Notes under the pieces: model-generated | Databases searched by the model: none | Told to the model about the DNA's origin: nothing | What the model saw: the letters and a program-made list of their open reading frames with translations, nothing else | Assembly (NCBI RefSeq): GCF_009834535.1 | Contig: NC_045697.1 | Location: 2,420,001 to 2,484,000 of the forward strand | Length of the DNA stretch: 64,000 nucleotides | Reading direction: 5' to 3' | DNA from: Camelus ferus | Lineage: Eukaryota | Position numbers and translations under genes: made by a program | Shown here: positions 1 to 11,965 of the stretch, in pieces | Numbering within the stretch: position 1 is the stretch's first letter | Layout of the letters: the number at the start of each line of letters is the position of its first letter

Positions 1-183
1 GTTCTAATGGTCCTTGGGCCTCAATCCTGCCCACCCCATCCCAGTCTCAGCCGTCATCTCTGCCGTGGTTCTCTTGTGACCATTCACAAGGGGTTTGGGG
101 GCATGATCACCTCATGTAGCCCTCCTGCTGAGGGTCATGAGGCAGAGACAGGACATCGAACAGATCTGAACAGATCTTGGAAG

Positions 184-260
184 GGAGGCTCAGAAAGGTT
201 AAGTGACTCCCAAGGTCACACAGTGAACAAATACAGCAACAGAGTATGAACACAGGTCAG
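184..260 (-). mobile_element. MIR SINE fragment
   Basis: gaggctcagaaaggttaagtgactcccaaggtcacacag resembles the reverse-complement MIR core. Confidence 0.6.
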
Positions 261-1821
261 TATGTCCCAGGATGGAGCCCCGGGCCCATCAGGAGCCCAC
301 CTGGGAGAGGAAAGCAGCCCCCAACCATTAGGCACCTACTATATGCCTGGCCTGGTGGGAGTCACAGACAGGTGCCTTCACACATCATTCTGCCCGTGGG
401 CACGCTAACTCCCAACTGTACGTGAGGAAACTGAGTGTGGGGGTGGTTCCTCCAGGCCCGTCGGGGCGCAGCCCGCCCTGGCTGCATCTGGGAAGCTGCC
501 CTGGCCCGTCCCCCTGGGAGGCGGCATGGGCCCAGGTGTGAGCACCACCTGCCTGGGCGCCAACAGCTCGTGCCAGTGCAGTGGTCCAGGGCCGGCCTGC
601 CTTCCTCACCTGCGCTGGGGGCGGTGGGGACAGGGTGGGGGGTGCAGGCAATGCCGACCTCCCAGGTAAAGCTGGACTGGGGCGGGGTTCTCCCACGCTG
701 ACCTGCCCACCTTGCCCATCTCTTCATTGTCTACATCTTGGCCCCACCCTCCCAGCTGTGGGACCTGGAGAAACCCCATGCCCCATTGCTTCCACTGGAA
801 GATGGGGGTCACAGTGGCATGGGGTCAGCAGTCACCATCTGCCCAGGCCTGAGCTCCATCTCTGGGGGGACAGCCTGGTGTCATCGCCCTCAGCAGTGGG
901 TGTCTTTGGCTGGGACCTGTAGTCCCCATTTTCAAGGCTCTGCTGCCTCCCTTGGCCACTCGACATGACACATGGCCAGGCTGGAGCACGAAGCCCCACG
1001 TTGGATTCCTGGCCATCGCTGCGCGCTCACACCCAGCTAGGGAAGCGTCAATGCTCATCAAAAAGATCCTCAGCCTGTGGGGACGTCCGGTCCCCACGGA
1101 GGGTGCAGTACTCATTAATGTTCTGATAATAATTAATACTGTTAGAATGTAACATGATGCCGAGGCTGAAAGCACACGCTTGCTGGGAAAATACACAGCT
1201 AAACACATGAGCCGTGCAGGTGCCGGTGTCGCCCGAGTGTCCCCACCCCGACTTGTCTCCTTACTCCTCCCAAACCGCTGGGCACCAGGTGCCAGGGCCC
1301 CTGCTGGGTGGCTGCTGAGTCCAGGGTCACTCTCCGTCCACCAAGCACCTGACCTTTCAGCATCTGAGGATGCAGCTCATCACCCCAGAAACTTTTCTTT
1401 CAGCTCCCAGGACCCCGCTGTGGGCCCTGCCCCCAACTCCCGGGCTCTCCCCTCCCTCCAGCTCCCCTGCATGTGCCTCCCTGCTACTGTGTCTTCTCAC
1501 CTCTGATTACGCCCCTTCCTTGGGGCCGTCTGCCCCCTGCTGACACGTCCCCCGTGCACGTCTCCCATGTGGGCCACTGCCCACCTCCAGCCCTGCCCAC
1601 CCACCCCGGGCTGTCTCCACTGGACACCCAGAGGCGTCTCAGACCCTGCCTGCAGGACCCCGTGGTCCTGCCCAATTGGTCGTCGCCTTTGGACCTGCTC
1701 AGGCACATGACATCAGTTTTACTGGGACAGGACACCCTGACCCGCCGAGAGAAGAAAGGCAGGACCCTGCTACGTGCAGCTCAGAGGGAGAAGAGGCTCA
1801 TTTATAAAGCATGCGTATGGT

Positions 1822-1923
1822 GGGGGCCGGTGTGCAGCTCAGGGGGAGAGCGAGTGCTTAGCTTGCACGAGGTCCTGGGTTCAATCCCTAGTCCCTCCAC
1901 TAACAAAACTAAAATACAAAAAC
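1822..1923 (+). mobile_element. tRNA-derived SINE, camelid vic-1-like
   Basis: A-box-like cagctcagggggagagc, B-box GGTTCAATCC at 1878-1887, A-rich tail, imperfect TSD aaagcatgcgtat / aaaacatgtgttt; related to the copy at 54749-54895. Confidence 0.85.
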
Positions 1924-1924
1924 A

Positions 1925-2157
1925 TGTGTTTATTCTTCACAGCTCTGGAGGCTGGAAGTCACAGGGCAAGGTGCACTTCCAACACAGTGGCCCGTGTAGC
2001 CGGATTCTGCTGAGGACCTCTTCCTGGCTTACGGGCACCTGCCATCTGGCTGTGGGCTCCCCAGCCTGCTTTGTGCTCGCTCGGGGAGGGAGAGAGTGAA
2101 GGACAGAGGAAAACGCCGGTGTCTTTTCTTGTAAGAGCTCCAATCCCATCCTGGGGG
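1925..2157 (-). mobile_element. MLT1A-like (ERVL-MaLR) LTR fragment adjacent to the SINE
   Basis: tattcttcacagctctggaggctggaagtc ... tcttttcttgtaagagctccaatcccatc, typical MLT1A blocks. Confidence 0.6.
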
Positions 2158-2879
2158 CAGGTTGGGCTGGGGACCCGGGGAAGACCTGCTTGGTGGCCCA
2201 GACTCCCTGGGGAGGACGAGGTTGGGGGGGGCTTGCTCTCAGCAGGTGGGCTGGGCTTTGGGGTGCAGGAGACGGAGGGGCCTTCTGCCCCTCTCAGTCA
2301 GCTGTGCCCCGGATGCATGCCGCACTGGCCACTTGTCTGTCACTGGGCTCCCGTGAGCCTGGCTCTGTGCCGGACAAGGGGGACACAGCACATCGGGCTC
2401 CTGGCCGCCGTGGGGAGCCCTGCGTCTCTCAGGGGCTATGGGACCAAGAGAGAGAAGCAATTGAGTAAAAATACATAGGCCATTGCCCCGAAGCCTGCGG
2501 CCCCCAGCCTGGGCATGGCCACCAGGGGCCCCTGGTCCTGGGCTGAAGCCCACCCTCCGCCACCTCCCTTAGGCCCCTTGGGAAGCTGCCGCACCCTCTC
2601 CAGCCTCATCCTCGCTGCCCCCCTGCTGCCTGCTCCCCCTTCTCCATAGGGTCCTCTCAGCCCTCCAGGCTGGGGCGTCCCTGCCAGCACCCACCAGACA
2701 TCCAGGCCTTGCTTAGCATCCACCCCCCGCCTCCCCTCCCATCCCCCTCAGTTCCCTCTCCAGGTGATGCTCTGATGACACTGAGAAAAACCAGAAACAA
2801 AGTTGCACGGTCTGCCCTGCCTTTCCCGCTTCCAGTAAACCACGCCCTGATCCATCACAAGCCCATCTGTCCTCATCCT

Positions 2880-3358
2880 GTGAGCTTCCCGTGGTCGCTG
2901 TGACAAATCACCCCACGCTCAGAAGCTTAAAGCAACACAAGCGTGACCCCTCACTGCCTGGAGCCAGGGTCCTGAAATCAGGGTGTTGGCAGGGCCGGTG
3001 CGCGCGGGAGTTTCTGTCTCTCTCTTCTCCAGGGGAGAATCCGCTTCCTGCCCCTTCCAGCTTCTAGACCCGCCCACGTTCCATGGCTCAGGGCCCCTTC
3101 CTCTGTCTTCAGAGTCCCATCCTCGAATCTCTCTCTTCTGTCCTCACATCTTCTGTCTCTGACCCTCCTCCCCTCCTCTTACAAGGGCCCCCACAGTCAC
3201 ACGAGGCCCACCTGCTCCATCTGGAATGGTCTCCCCATCCCAAGGCTTCCCCTCCGTCATGTCTGCAAAGTCCTTCTAAGCCACGTAAAGTAACACATGC
3301 CCGGAATCCGAGGCCTGGGCCATGGGCGGCCGTGGGCGCCATTGTTCACCCTCCCGCA
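2880..3358 (-). mobile_element. MLT1C/D-like solo LTR
   Basis: gctgtgacaaatcacc...gcttaaagcaacac, ggagaatccgcttcctgccccttccagcttctag, tctgcaaagtcc...ccacgtaaagtaacaca. Confidence 0.75.
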
Positions 3359-3593
3359 GACGCTGTCAGCCGCTCAGCCAAGCCCGTTTCGGTTGGGCTC
3401 TGGGCTGGTTTCTGACCCATCGCATCACCAAGAAGCTGGTGGATCCACTTCCTCGGGTGAAACCCTACACGTGGAACTTTTGGGGGAAAAGGAAGAGGAA
3501 ATTCCAAGGTTATAAAATACATTTTACCAGTTTCTCCCCTCGCAGGCCGTGGGGCTGACGCGTCCTTTGCACTCACAGTCCTAGGGTCATCCA

Positions 3594-3930
3594 GTGTCGG
3601 GCCAGCCAGGCTGCGGTACCAGCACCGCCGACGGGGTGGCTTATCCACAGCAGACGTCTCCTGCTCGCAGCTCCGGGGGCGGGACGTCCCAGATGAGGGT
3701 GCCAGCGTGGTCCAGGTCTGCCGAGGGCCTCCTCCGGTGGCCGATGCCGACGGCGCTCCGAGTCCTCACAGGGAGAGGGGAGGGGGAGCTCCCAGGGCCT
3801 CTTCTATGAGGGTGCTAATCCCATTCACGTGGACTCCCTCCTCGTGGGCCAGTCCCCCCAAAGCCCTCTCCTAAGACCATCACTGGGGGCAGCATTTCCA
3901 CAAATGGATCCTGGGGAGACACAACAGAGC
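3594..3930 (-). mobile_element. MLT1A-like solo LTR, GC/CpG-shifted
   Basis: ctcttctatgagggtgctaatcccattca, cctaagaccatcactggggg, ggggagacaca; the left half is CpG-rich relative to the recalled consensus. Confidence 0.75.
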
Positions 3931-4915
3931 CTGGCCTGGAGTGCGGGGTTGCGTCACTTTGATGTCACGTAGGTGGAAGGGGGTACTTTGTGCCCGTCCT
4001 GTGGACTGCTCCGCCCAGCCGACCCCGCTGCCCTCGTCCCCAGGTGTCCTGCTCTGGAGTCAGACTTGGACCCCCGCCCCGGCTCTGAACCTCATGCTCA
4101 CCTGGTCCGCAGGCCGAGGCAGCGGCCCCCGCCCGGCTGCAGGAGGACGCCGGGGCTGCTGCCAGTCGGCCGATGGTGGCTGCAGAGCTGGCGAAGGGCA
4201 GGGTGGGGGCAGAAGCAGGGTCCTGGCGCTGGCCCTGGTGCGCGTGCATCGGGCCGAGGCGAGCTTCGCTCACAGGGACCCCACCCGCCTCGGGGAGCGG
4301 GGACACGGTCAGAGCAGCCTGCTTCTCAGCTAGCACACCAGGGGAGTCACTTTGAGAAGTTATTTTTAAGTGACTCAAAGGCTGGTGAGGAAGCCGCCTG
4401 ACAGCAGCGGTAATTACCGGCCCCGATGCCGAGCTGGCCCGCGGGGTTCCCGCGGGTGCCGAGCCCCCCGCATCTCTGCCGGCAAACCTTGCGCCTGGGG
4501 TGCAGCAGTACCCCCGGGAGCCTGAGAACCCAGGAAGGCAGCTCGGGCCCTGCTCCCCAAGTCCGCCAGGAGACAGTCCAAGAGTCTCCCTGACCAGCAC
4601 CCAGGGTCTGATTCCCAACCCTTCTCAGCTTCACGGCCCCGCAGGAAAGAGCGCTGCGCCCTGAACCCAGCCCCGCGTCCAGCAGCCCACCTGCTCGCCC
4701 TCCCGGTCTCAGCCTCTGCAGATCCCGACCGTTGTCCAAGGCCCACCTCCAATGCCCATGTGCCAAGAGCTCCCTCCCTACCGCCCCCATCCCCCATCCC
4801 TTCCCACCATGGTCAGCATCAAACTTTGCCTCCTCTGACAATGTCAGCACTTATGGAGGAGCTGGACAAGTTGGAGGCAGGTGAAAAGTGCCTTGATTCT
4901 TTCTCATCCTCCAGA

Positions 4916-5012
4916 TGTGTGCACACACATGCACACTCATGCATCACACACATGCAGGCGCACACGTGCACACACACTCATGCACCACACACACGCGCAC
5001 GTGCACACACCC
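4916..5012. repeat. Degenerate (CA/CG)n microsatellite
   Basis: gcacacacatgcacactcatgcatcacacacatgcaggcgcacacgtgcacacacac... Confidence 0.85.
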
Positions 5013-5849
5013 ACCTCCTGCTGCTGAACGCCCTGGCCCGTCTCAGGTGATGTCTGCTCCTCCCCTGGAGCTCAGGTAAGGTGTCCAGGAGGCTCTAAGA
5101 CAGAACCTGCAGACTTTGGCCCCATCTGAAGCATCTCCCTCTCCCCAGCGTGTGCTTGAAATGCCCCCGACGCACCAGGAAGGGTAAGGCGCAGCTCTCT
5201 CCCTTGCTCCCCTGTGTGCATCTGAGAGGGCTCCTTAGGCCCCCTGCCCAGGGAGCTCCAGGCAGATCGCGGTGGGTGAGCGGTCTGGGCGCTGAGGTCC
5301 TGGGGCCGGACATCCAGAGCTGGCCCCTGGCCAGTGCACGTGGGGCCCTCGCTCCCCTCAGCGGTGCTGCCTTGCTCCCCCAGGTACTTCCTCGGAGGGG
5401 ACCCTTGTGAGAGGACCCGTCTGGTCCCTTCTGGGGGGCCCATTTGGCTCTATCTCACTTTCTCACCAGCTCCTCGCAGGGCTGGTTTCCCTACTCCTTG
5501 ACGTACTTGCCTGTCTGGCTTCTGGGAACGTCCTGCCTGCCTGCGCCCCGCTGACTCTGTTTCTGGGTGCCTTGCAGCTGCGCCCCCTCTTCCCGGGGCG
5601 CCCAGGGCTCTCGCCTGGGTGCCCTCCCTCCCACGGTGGCCTCCCTCAGGACCAGGGCTGTGCAGTCCATCTTGAGCCGGCTCTCGTGCCCATCTCCAGC
5701 CTGGCTCCCTGACCCAGACCCCTGAAGCCTGATGCCTCAGCAGCATCACCAGTGTCTGACACACAGGATTCTGACCACAACATGGCCCCTGGGTCCCCAC
5801 CTCCCCTCCCCACCTGCTGCTCCAGCTTTCCTTCTTGAGTGGGGACTCC

Positions 5850-6595
5850 ATTCCCCCCAGGCCCCGCCTTGGGTGGTGTTGGCTCTGTCTTCTCCCTGCG
5901 CTGGCTGCCCCTCCCCTCACAGTGATCCCATCTGGATGGCTGGAGTGGTCTCTGCTGCCACCTCGGTCCTGAAGTCTGTTCCAACAGAGCCTCTGGAGGG
6001 ATCCTGGCGAATTCTAAACTGGCCATGTCACGTGCCAGCCCAGGCCCTCCAACAGTCCCAGACCCTCAGTAACCCCTTCCTGTGGCCCCTGGCCCCCAGG
6101 GCTGGATGAGGTCTGACCCCACGGCCTCGAGCTCATCAGCTCCCTGTACCCCTTCCATCTCATGCTGCTTCTGCTACATCAGCTCTTGGCACTCTGTCCT
6201 TTTACCAGGGCCACCTCTGCCCCAGGGCCTTTGCACCTGCTGTGCCTTCTGCCTGCAATGCTCCCCTCTCCCCTAGAGGTCGTGCCTGGCTCCCTTATTC
6301 ACCCCAGGTTTTACCCAAATACCACCTTTAAGATGTGGAATCTAGAATTTTGACAGCCAGTCCCCCGCAGTGTGTCACTTTTTCTTTCTTGCTTTGTCTC
6401 TTTCTTTTATCACCATCTAATCCATCACCTATTTCATCAATCTTGTTTTTATCTGTTTCACTCACAGAATCAAAGCACCAGTGCAGACAGAAATTTTTGT
6501 TGGCTCCTGATGCATCCCAGCCCCTTGTCTGGGGCCTGGCACAAGGTGAGTGCAAGATGAATGTCTACTGTGAATGAGTGAGTGAGTGAATTAAC
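5850..6595 (+). mobile_element. L2 LINE 3' region, degraded
   Basis: cagggcctttgcacctgctgtgccttctgcctgcaatgctc; terminal gcctggcacaag...tgaatgagtgagtgagtgaat resembling the L2 (TGAA)n tail. Confidence 0.6.
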
Positions 6596-7529
6596 AGATG
6601 TGTCCTAACCCTCCCAGCAGAAGTCTGACCATCCGAGTCTCATGCTGGCCCGGCCACGCACTGGTGGTCCGGCTGACAAGCCCCAGCGGAGCCCATCCTG
6701 CCAGTCATCCCGGCCAAGGGGCCAGGCATGAGTGCTACCATCTTGGGCCCTCCACTCAGACCACCCACCAGCTGAGTGCCACCAGGGACATCAGTAAAGC
6801 CACTGGCAGAGCCCTGTCTGCAATCCTGACCTGCAGAGACATGAGCTAGAATTAGATGGCTTGTTTCGCACGACCAGACAGCAACAGGGAACCGGGACGT
6901 GGGCGATGGGCCGGTGCGGCAGAACAAGCTCCAGGCTCTGCCCCCACCAGGCCGCACAGGTGCTCCCTGCCTGCGTCGGAGGCATGAGCTCAGCACATGG
7001 CGTTTTGTGGTCAGCCTCTGGGTCCCTGGCTGAAATGGTGAGAGAATGGGAAAGCGCCCCACTACAGTGCCAGCGTTGGTAGCAGTGATAGTGATGACCA
7101 CGCCGTTCATCACCGATGGCTCTTGGCCTGATGCTGCTTGATGCTCTACCGACACGTCCTTGTTTGAGAGCAGCAAAATTCGTGAGAAGTGTTTACGAGG
7201 TGCTGGCCTCATGTGAAAACCTTACTGGCAGCCTCTCCCACAAGAGCTCCATCTTACGGGGAAGGAACCTGAGACGGGGGGAGGTGATGCCCCCATGCCC
7301 TCCCGGGGCAAGCAAAGGCCTAGCCAAGACCCAGGACCCATCCTCCCCGGCCTGCTCTGGCGCCTCCGCCCAGGCCTCCCGGGAGTTACAACCACACCGA
7401 CATCTCCGTCCTCCTGGCCCACCAGTGGGTCTTGGGAAAATCCAACCAAATTGCAAGGGATTTCGTTTTGATGTAACATGAAAGCCATGGGACTCCTGAC
7501 TGGTGTCTTGGGTCAGGCATGTCCCCTCC

Positions 7530-7945
7530 GTGCGGTTTCCTGTGACTGTTGGAACAAAGCACCACAAAGCGGGGGCTTAAAACAGCAGCAATGGTTCTCT
7601 CGTGGCTCTGGATGCCGGAAGTCTAAGATGCAGGTGTCCCAGGGCCAGGTTCCCTCTGGAGGCTCTAAGGAAGATCCCTCCTTCTCTCTTCGGGTTTCTG
7701 CAGAAGCCCTTGGCGCTCCTGGACTTGTGGCCGCATCGCCCCAGCCTCTGCCCCGTCTTCACCTGCCCTTTCCTCTGTGTGGGTCTCTCTCTTCCTCTTA
7801 TAAGCACGTCAGTCCTGTGGGATTAGGGGCCACCCTAAGTCCCGGTTGACTTCATCTTAACTAATGACATCTGCAAAGACCCTATTTCCACATTCTGAGG
7901 TCCCAGGTGGACATGAATTTGGAGGGACATGTTCACTCCAGTACA
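7530..7945 (-). mobile_element. MLT1C-like solo LTR
   Basis: ccacaaagcgggggcttaaaacagcag, ggttccctctggaggctctaagg, catctgcaaagaccctatttcc. Confidence 0.85.
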
Positions 7946-8652
7946 CTCTCTTGGAGCCCCCAATCCCTCACCTGTCCAGGGAGGCTCATGTGGCCCCTTT
8001 CCTGGTCCACATGTTCTTGGGGAGAGGGTCCAAAGGGATTGTCTGGAATCCCCTCCCAGCCCTGTCCTTCCCAGCTGCCTCCCGCGCTCCAGCGTGGGAG
8101 CTGGCAGGGGACACGTTCGGGGCCTGGGTGGCGGGGCACCGGTCTGGGCGGGGAGGCACCTTCCATGTTGTTACACAACACGCCTGCACGCGATATACTA
8201 ACTCCCAGAGGGATCCCTGAAAGCCCAGGCGGGCGTGCTCCACCCGGTGAGGTCTGGTCGCCTGGATGCCAAGCCGCCGGCCTCCACCTCACCCCACCCT
8301 GGCTCCAGGGCCTGGCAGCTCTCAAGGTATTGTTCCTGCGGTGATGCGGGCTTCCTGGCGCAGGCTCCTGGTGCGTGTTCAGGGCCGGCTGGACCCGTCC
8401 CTTGGCATCCAGGGGCCCAGATGGGGGCTGGCCGAGGCTGTCTGGAGCCTGGCTCAGCCGCAGGGCTGAGGGCAGAAGGTAGCGCTCCAGGCAGCCCAGG
8501 TCCACAGGCAGGCTGGCCCCTGCCCTTCCTTGCTCTCCAGCTCTGGGAAGATCATGTGCACTGAGCCTCCTGGCAACGTGCCACCTGAAGGGGACACCGA
8601 GGGCAGGACTGCTCGGGGAGCTGGCTGCCGGCCCAGCCCTGCTCCACAGGGG

Positions 8653-8744
8653 TGCCGCCCCGCTGACCCCGGGAGGCTGCTCTGGGAGGCGGCCAGGATG
8701 CTGCCCCGCTGACCCTGGGAGGCTGTTCTGGAAGGCAGTCAGAC
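8653..8744. repeat. 46-bp tandem duplication (2 copies)
   Basis: tgccgccccgctgaccccgggaggctgctctgggaggcggccagga / tgctgccccgctgaccctgggaggctgttctggaaggcagtcagac; 38/46 identical. Confidence 0.9.
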
Positions 8745-9756
8745 CAGGCACCAGGCACTTGTGCCTGGATTTCAGCGAGCAGACCTGCTGATCTTGCAGC
8801 AAACCACACCAAGTTTTTTGCAGTAGGACCGAGCACTGTCCAGTGGTCCGGGCTCCGCGGAGCCCACAAGTGCAGTTCAGGGATGATGAGGGAGGGGCCG
8901 GGGGCTCAGGGTCACTCGGCTGAGCCTCTTAGGCGCTCCCCACCGCCCTGGAGCAGCCGCACCCCTGACATGGAGATCTGCGTTCTACGTGAGGCAAGGC
9001 AGTGTTAAAGGGGACAGTGGGGATAACAGGATGCACTTGGAAGAGCCCAGAGAAGGCCTCCCAGCCCCCGTGTGCTCCATGGACCTGTTAACCCTGGGGC
9101 AAGTGCTAGAAACACTGACTCCTGGGCACCCCAGACCCTCTGAATGGGACTCTGCAGGTCAACCAGATGGCCGGGGTAATTCTGTGCCGCTCCTAGCACA
9201 GGGCTGAACTCCCCGGCTCTCCAAGGACTCAGCTCGCCCTGACTCAGAGAGCGTGTCCATGCCCCATAATCCAGCCACCGCTGTCCATCTGGGGCCAGGA
9301 GCCTGGCTGCGAAGGGCCTTCACACCTGCCGCTGAGAGCGCTCTGAGGACCCCCCGGACAGGTGGCTGTCCAGGCCCTTCTCGACATACTCCCAGTGACA
9401 GGGAGCTCACTGCCACGCGGGGCAGCGGGGTGGGCGGCGCCAGCAGCTTGAGGGTGTTTCCTGCCTGGTGCCCGCAGGGGCCGCGCCGGCAGTTTGGGCC
9501 TGGCTTTCCCAGCCTGCCCTCCGCCTGGCTCAGACTCAGTGTCCTCATCTCTCCTAGGAGGAGACAGTGTCCCGGCCCTGTTGTGAGAGCACTTGTGCTT
9601 CGGGGACATTGAGGGACCAACCAGTCAAAGCACACGACGAGGGGCAGGTCTCTGGCATCCCAGAGACAACGTGTCCCTCCCCTCTGAAACAGTCGATGGC
9701 GGCATCGCAGGAATGACCAGGATCGGAGGGCAGAAGAGGCGATGAAGTCACAGATG

Positions 9757-9816
9757 CTGCAAGGCTCAGTTACCGACACTGCAAGGCTCAGTCACCCAGG
9801 CCACTTGCTGCAAGGC
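9757..9816. repeat. 22-bp tandem duplication plus a partial third copy
   Basis: ctgcaaggctcagt at 9757 and 9779; ctgcaaggc at 9808. Confidence 0.8.
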
Positions 9817-11784
9817 AGCCCCTGGGGACCCTTCCACAAGCTCTGACTCAGGACGCCCTTGGCGGGCACAGGGCTTTCCATGTTAACCAGAGTCCAAGGA
9901 ACTATGACGCGGGAGCTCGCAGGAACAGGCTGTAAGAAAATGGGGACCCCCCGGGACCTTCCGGGTGTCGAATATTAGCCTTATTGGGCCCTTGGGCCAC
10001 GCCGGCTGTCTGCCCAGTGAGAGAAATTTGAGAGTAGAGCTGTGACTGCTTGTGCCACTGTGAAAACTGCATGCACACTTACGTGTGTGCAGTGTGCCTG
10101 CAGCCCACAGAAGTGTGCATGCAGACGCACATGTGGCTCCCACACACACATGACTTACCTGAGCAGCCGAGGCCCTCACACAGGCATGTGCGGCACACCC
10201 CCTACCTGCATTTGTACTTCTGCACAGGACATGCACACACAGCATGTCCTATCAGCCTGCCTGCTTTGTGCTGATACAGGAGCCTCCATCCCGTTTTCTC
10301 CTAGTAACTGGGCAGTGTCTGTAAAGACAAGGCAAGTCCCTCATCTCAGCTGATTGAGCAGGTGGATGCTGCCTGCCAGCTCCAGGCCGGGTCCTGCTCT
10401 GGGCACCGTGGAGGGGCTGCCCAGAGACCAGTGGACACAGACTCTGCCTGCTCCCAGCTCACTGTCTACGAGGGAACCAGACAGGTAAGCGGGCAGGGGT
10501 CACCCGGGGCTGTCCGCGTTGGTCCAAGGCAGCCCAGGTGAGCAGAGAGGTGTGTGGGTGGGTGCTCGTGGGTGGAGTGGGAGGCTGGGGGGAGCAGGAC
10601 ACGAGCCTGAAGGATTGAGGTATCTGCCCCTTCTGGGTGCAGGAGCAGCCTGAGGTGGGGCGGAGACCAGGGGAATCCAGCCTGGGACATGGGAGGAGCA
10701 GGGGCACGTGAGGACGGTACACTATTCCAGAAGCCCAGGGTGAGGAGGGTGGCCCAGGGGGTGCCTGGGAGGGAGCCCTGTCCCCTCCCCACTGCTGTAC
10801 AATGGTGCCCCACCCCATCTCCTTTGTCTTTGTAACTCCACAGGTGGAGCCTCAGAAGGGACTGGGGCTAATTAGGTTTTCTGCTCAGCCCAGGGTCGAT
10901 GGCATCTCCTTCTCCTGCTGCCTTGTCCCCTCAGGCCTGCTCCCAGCGCGTCCTCCTCTCCTCCCGGAGACAGGGATGGCCCATCCTGTCCTAACCCTCT
11001 CTAGGAAAGGACAGGCCACCTGGGAGATGGCCCCACCAGCACAGCAGCCTGTCACCCAGGAAGGAGGGACAGGGTGTGGCCACGGGTCAGCAGAGCCACG
11101 GCCCACTGTGCCACTGCGCCACCTGCCTCCTTAGGACCCATGCCCGTGTGTGGAAGACAAGCTGTCATCTTCCATTTGCAAGCACCCCGAGCCCCTCCTG
11201 GCTGTGCCCCAAGGCTCTCAGGAGGAGTTGGCCCTGGAGACTAAGAGACAGGCCAGCAGGAGGTGGGGACGTGTGCCTGCGCAGGCTGGAGGCACGATGC
11301 CTGCGGGAGCCCTGAGGAGGACAGTCGCTTCTGTGGGCTTCCCCATGAACAGATGATGCTCCACAGGGTGGGGCAAACAAGCAGGTGTTCTCCAGGTAGT
11401 AGAGGAGGGGAGGGACACAGGAGAGTCCGGGGGAGGGACGAGGCAGGGAGACTGCTGGGGGAGTACAAACGTGGACACAGAAACCTCAGCCCTTGGAGGG
11501 AAAGACCGAAACACAGACCACTCACTGAGGAAGCTTAAGGTGTCAATAGTGCAACCTGGGTGGGCTTCCAGGAGAAGGCAGCGTCTACACCCTGGTGTGA
11601 TAGGAGGTGCAGCCAGGAAGGCCCCCCTGGCAGTGGGACCAGAGGCCTTTTGAGAGCCAAGTCAGGCCCTGAGGACAGACACCCTTTGAGTCCTGAGGGT
11701 TCCTAGCTCTCCAAGCCTTAGTGCTTCTGTGCCAATGCCCCTGTCTCCAGCACGTGGGACACCTGTCATCTGCTGAGAGGGCTC

Positions 11785-11965
11785 TTAGGCTGACATCCCT
11801 AGAAGCAGACCCTGAGACAGGGATTCCTGTGCAAGCAGCTAGTCTGCGGCGTGACCCCAGGAGGGGCGTGAGGAGCTGAGGCGAGGAGGGTCCGGCCACC
11901 CAGGCGTGTGCTGCGAGCTGTGACAGCTGCCTGCCAGGGGCTTCATCCCACTGCGGGGCCCTGAG
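11785..11965 (-). mobile_element. LTR33-like (ERVL) fragment
   Basis: gaagcagaccctgagacagggattcctgtgcaagcag...gtgaccccagga; a related fragment lies near 34080-34140. Confidence 0.55.

Noticed and set aside
1822..1900. tRNA gene
   Set aside because: A-rich tail, TSD-like flanks and a second related copy indicate a SINE; no convincing acceptor stem.
4843..4862. REST/RE1-like gtcagcacttatggaggagc
   Set aside because: Mismatches and wrong spacing relative to TTCAGCACCNNGGACAG.
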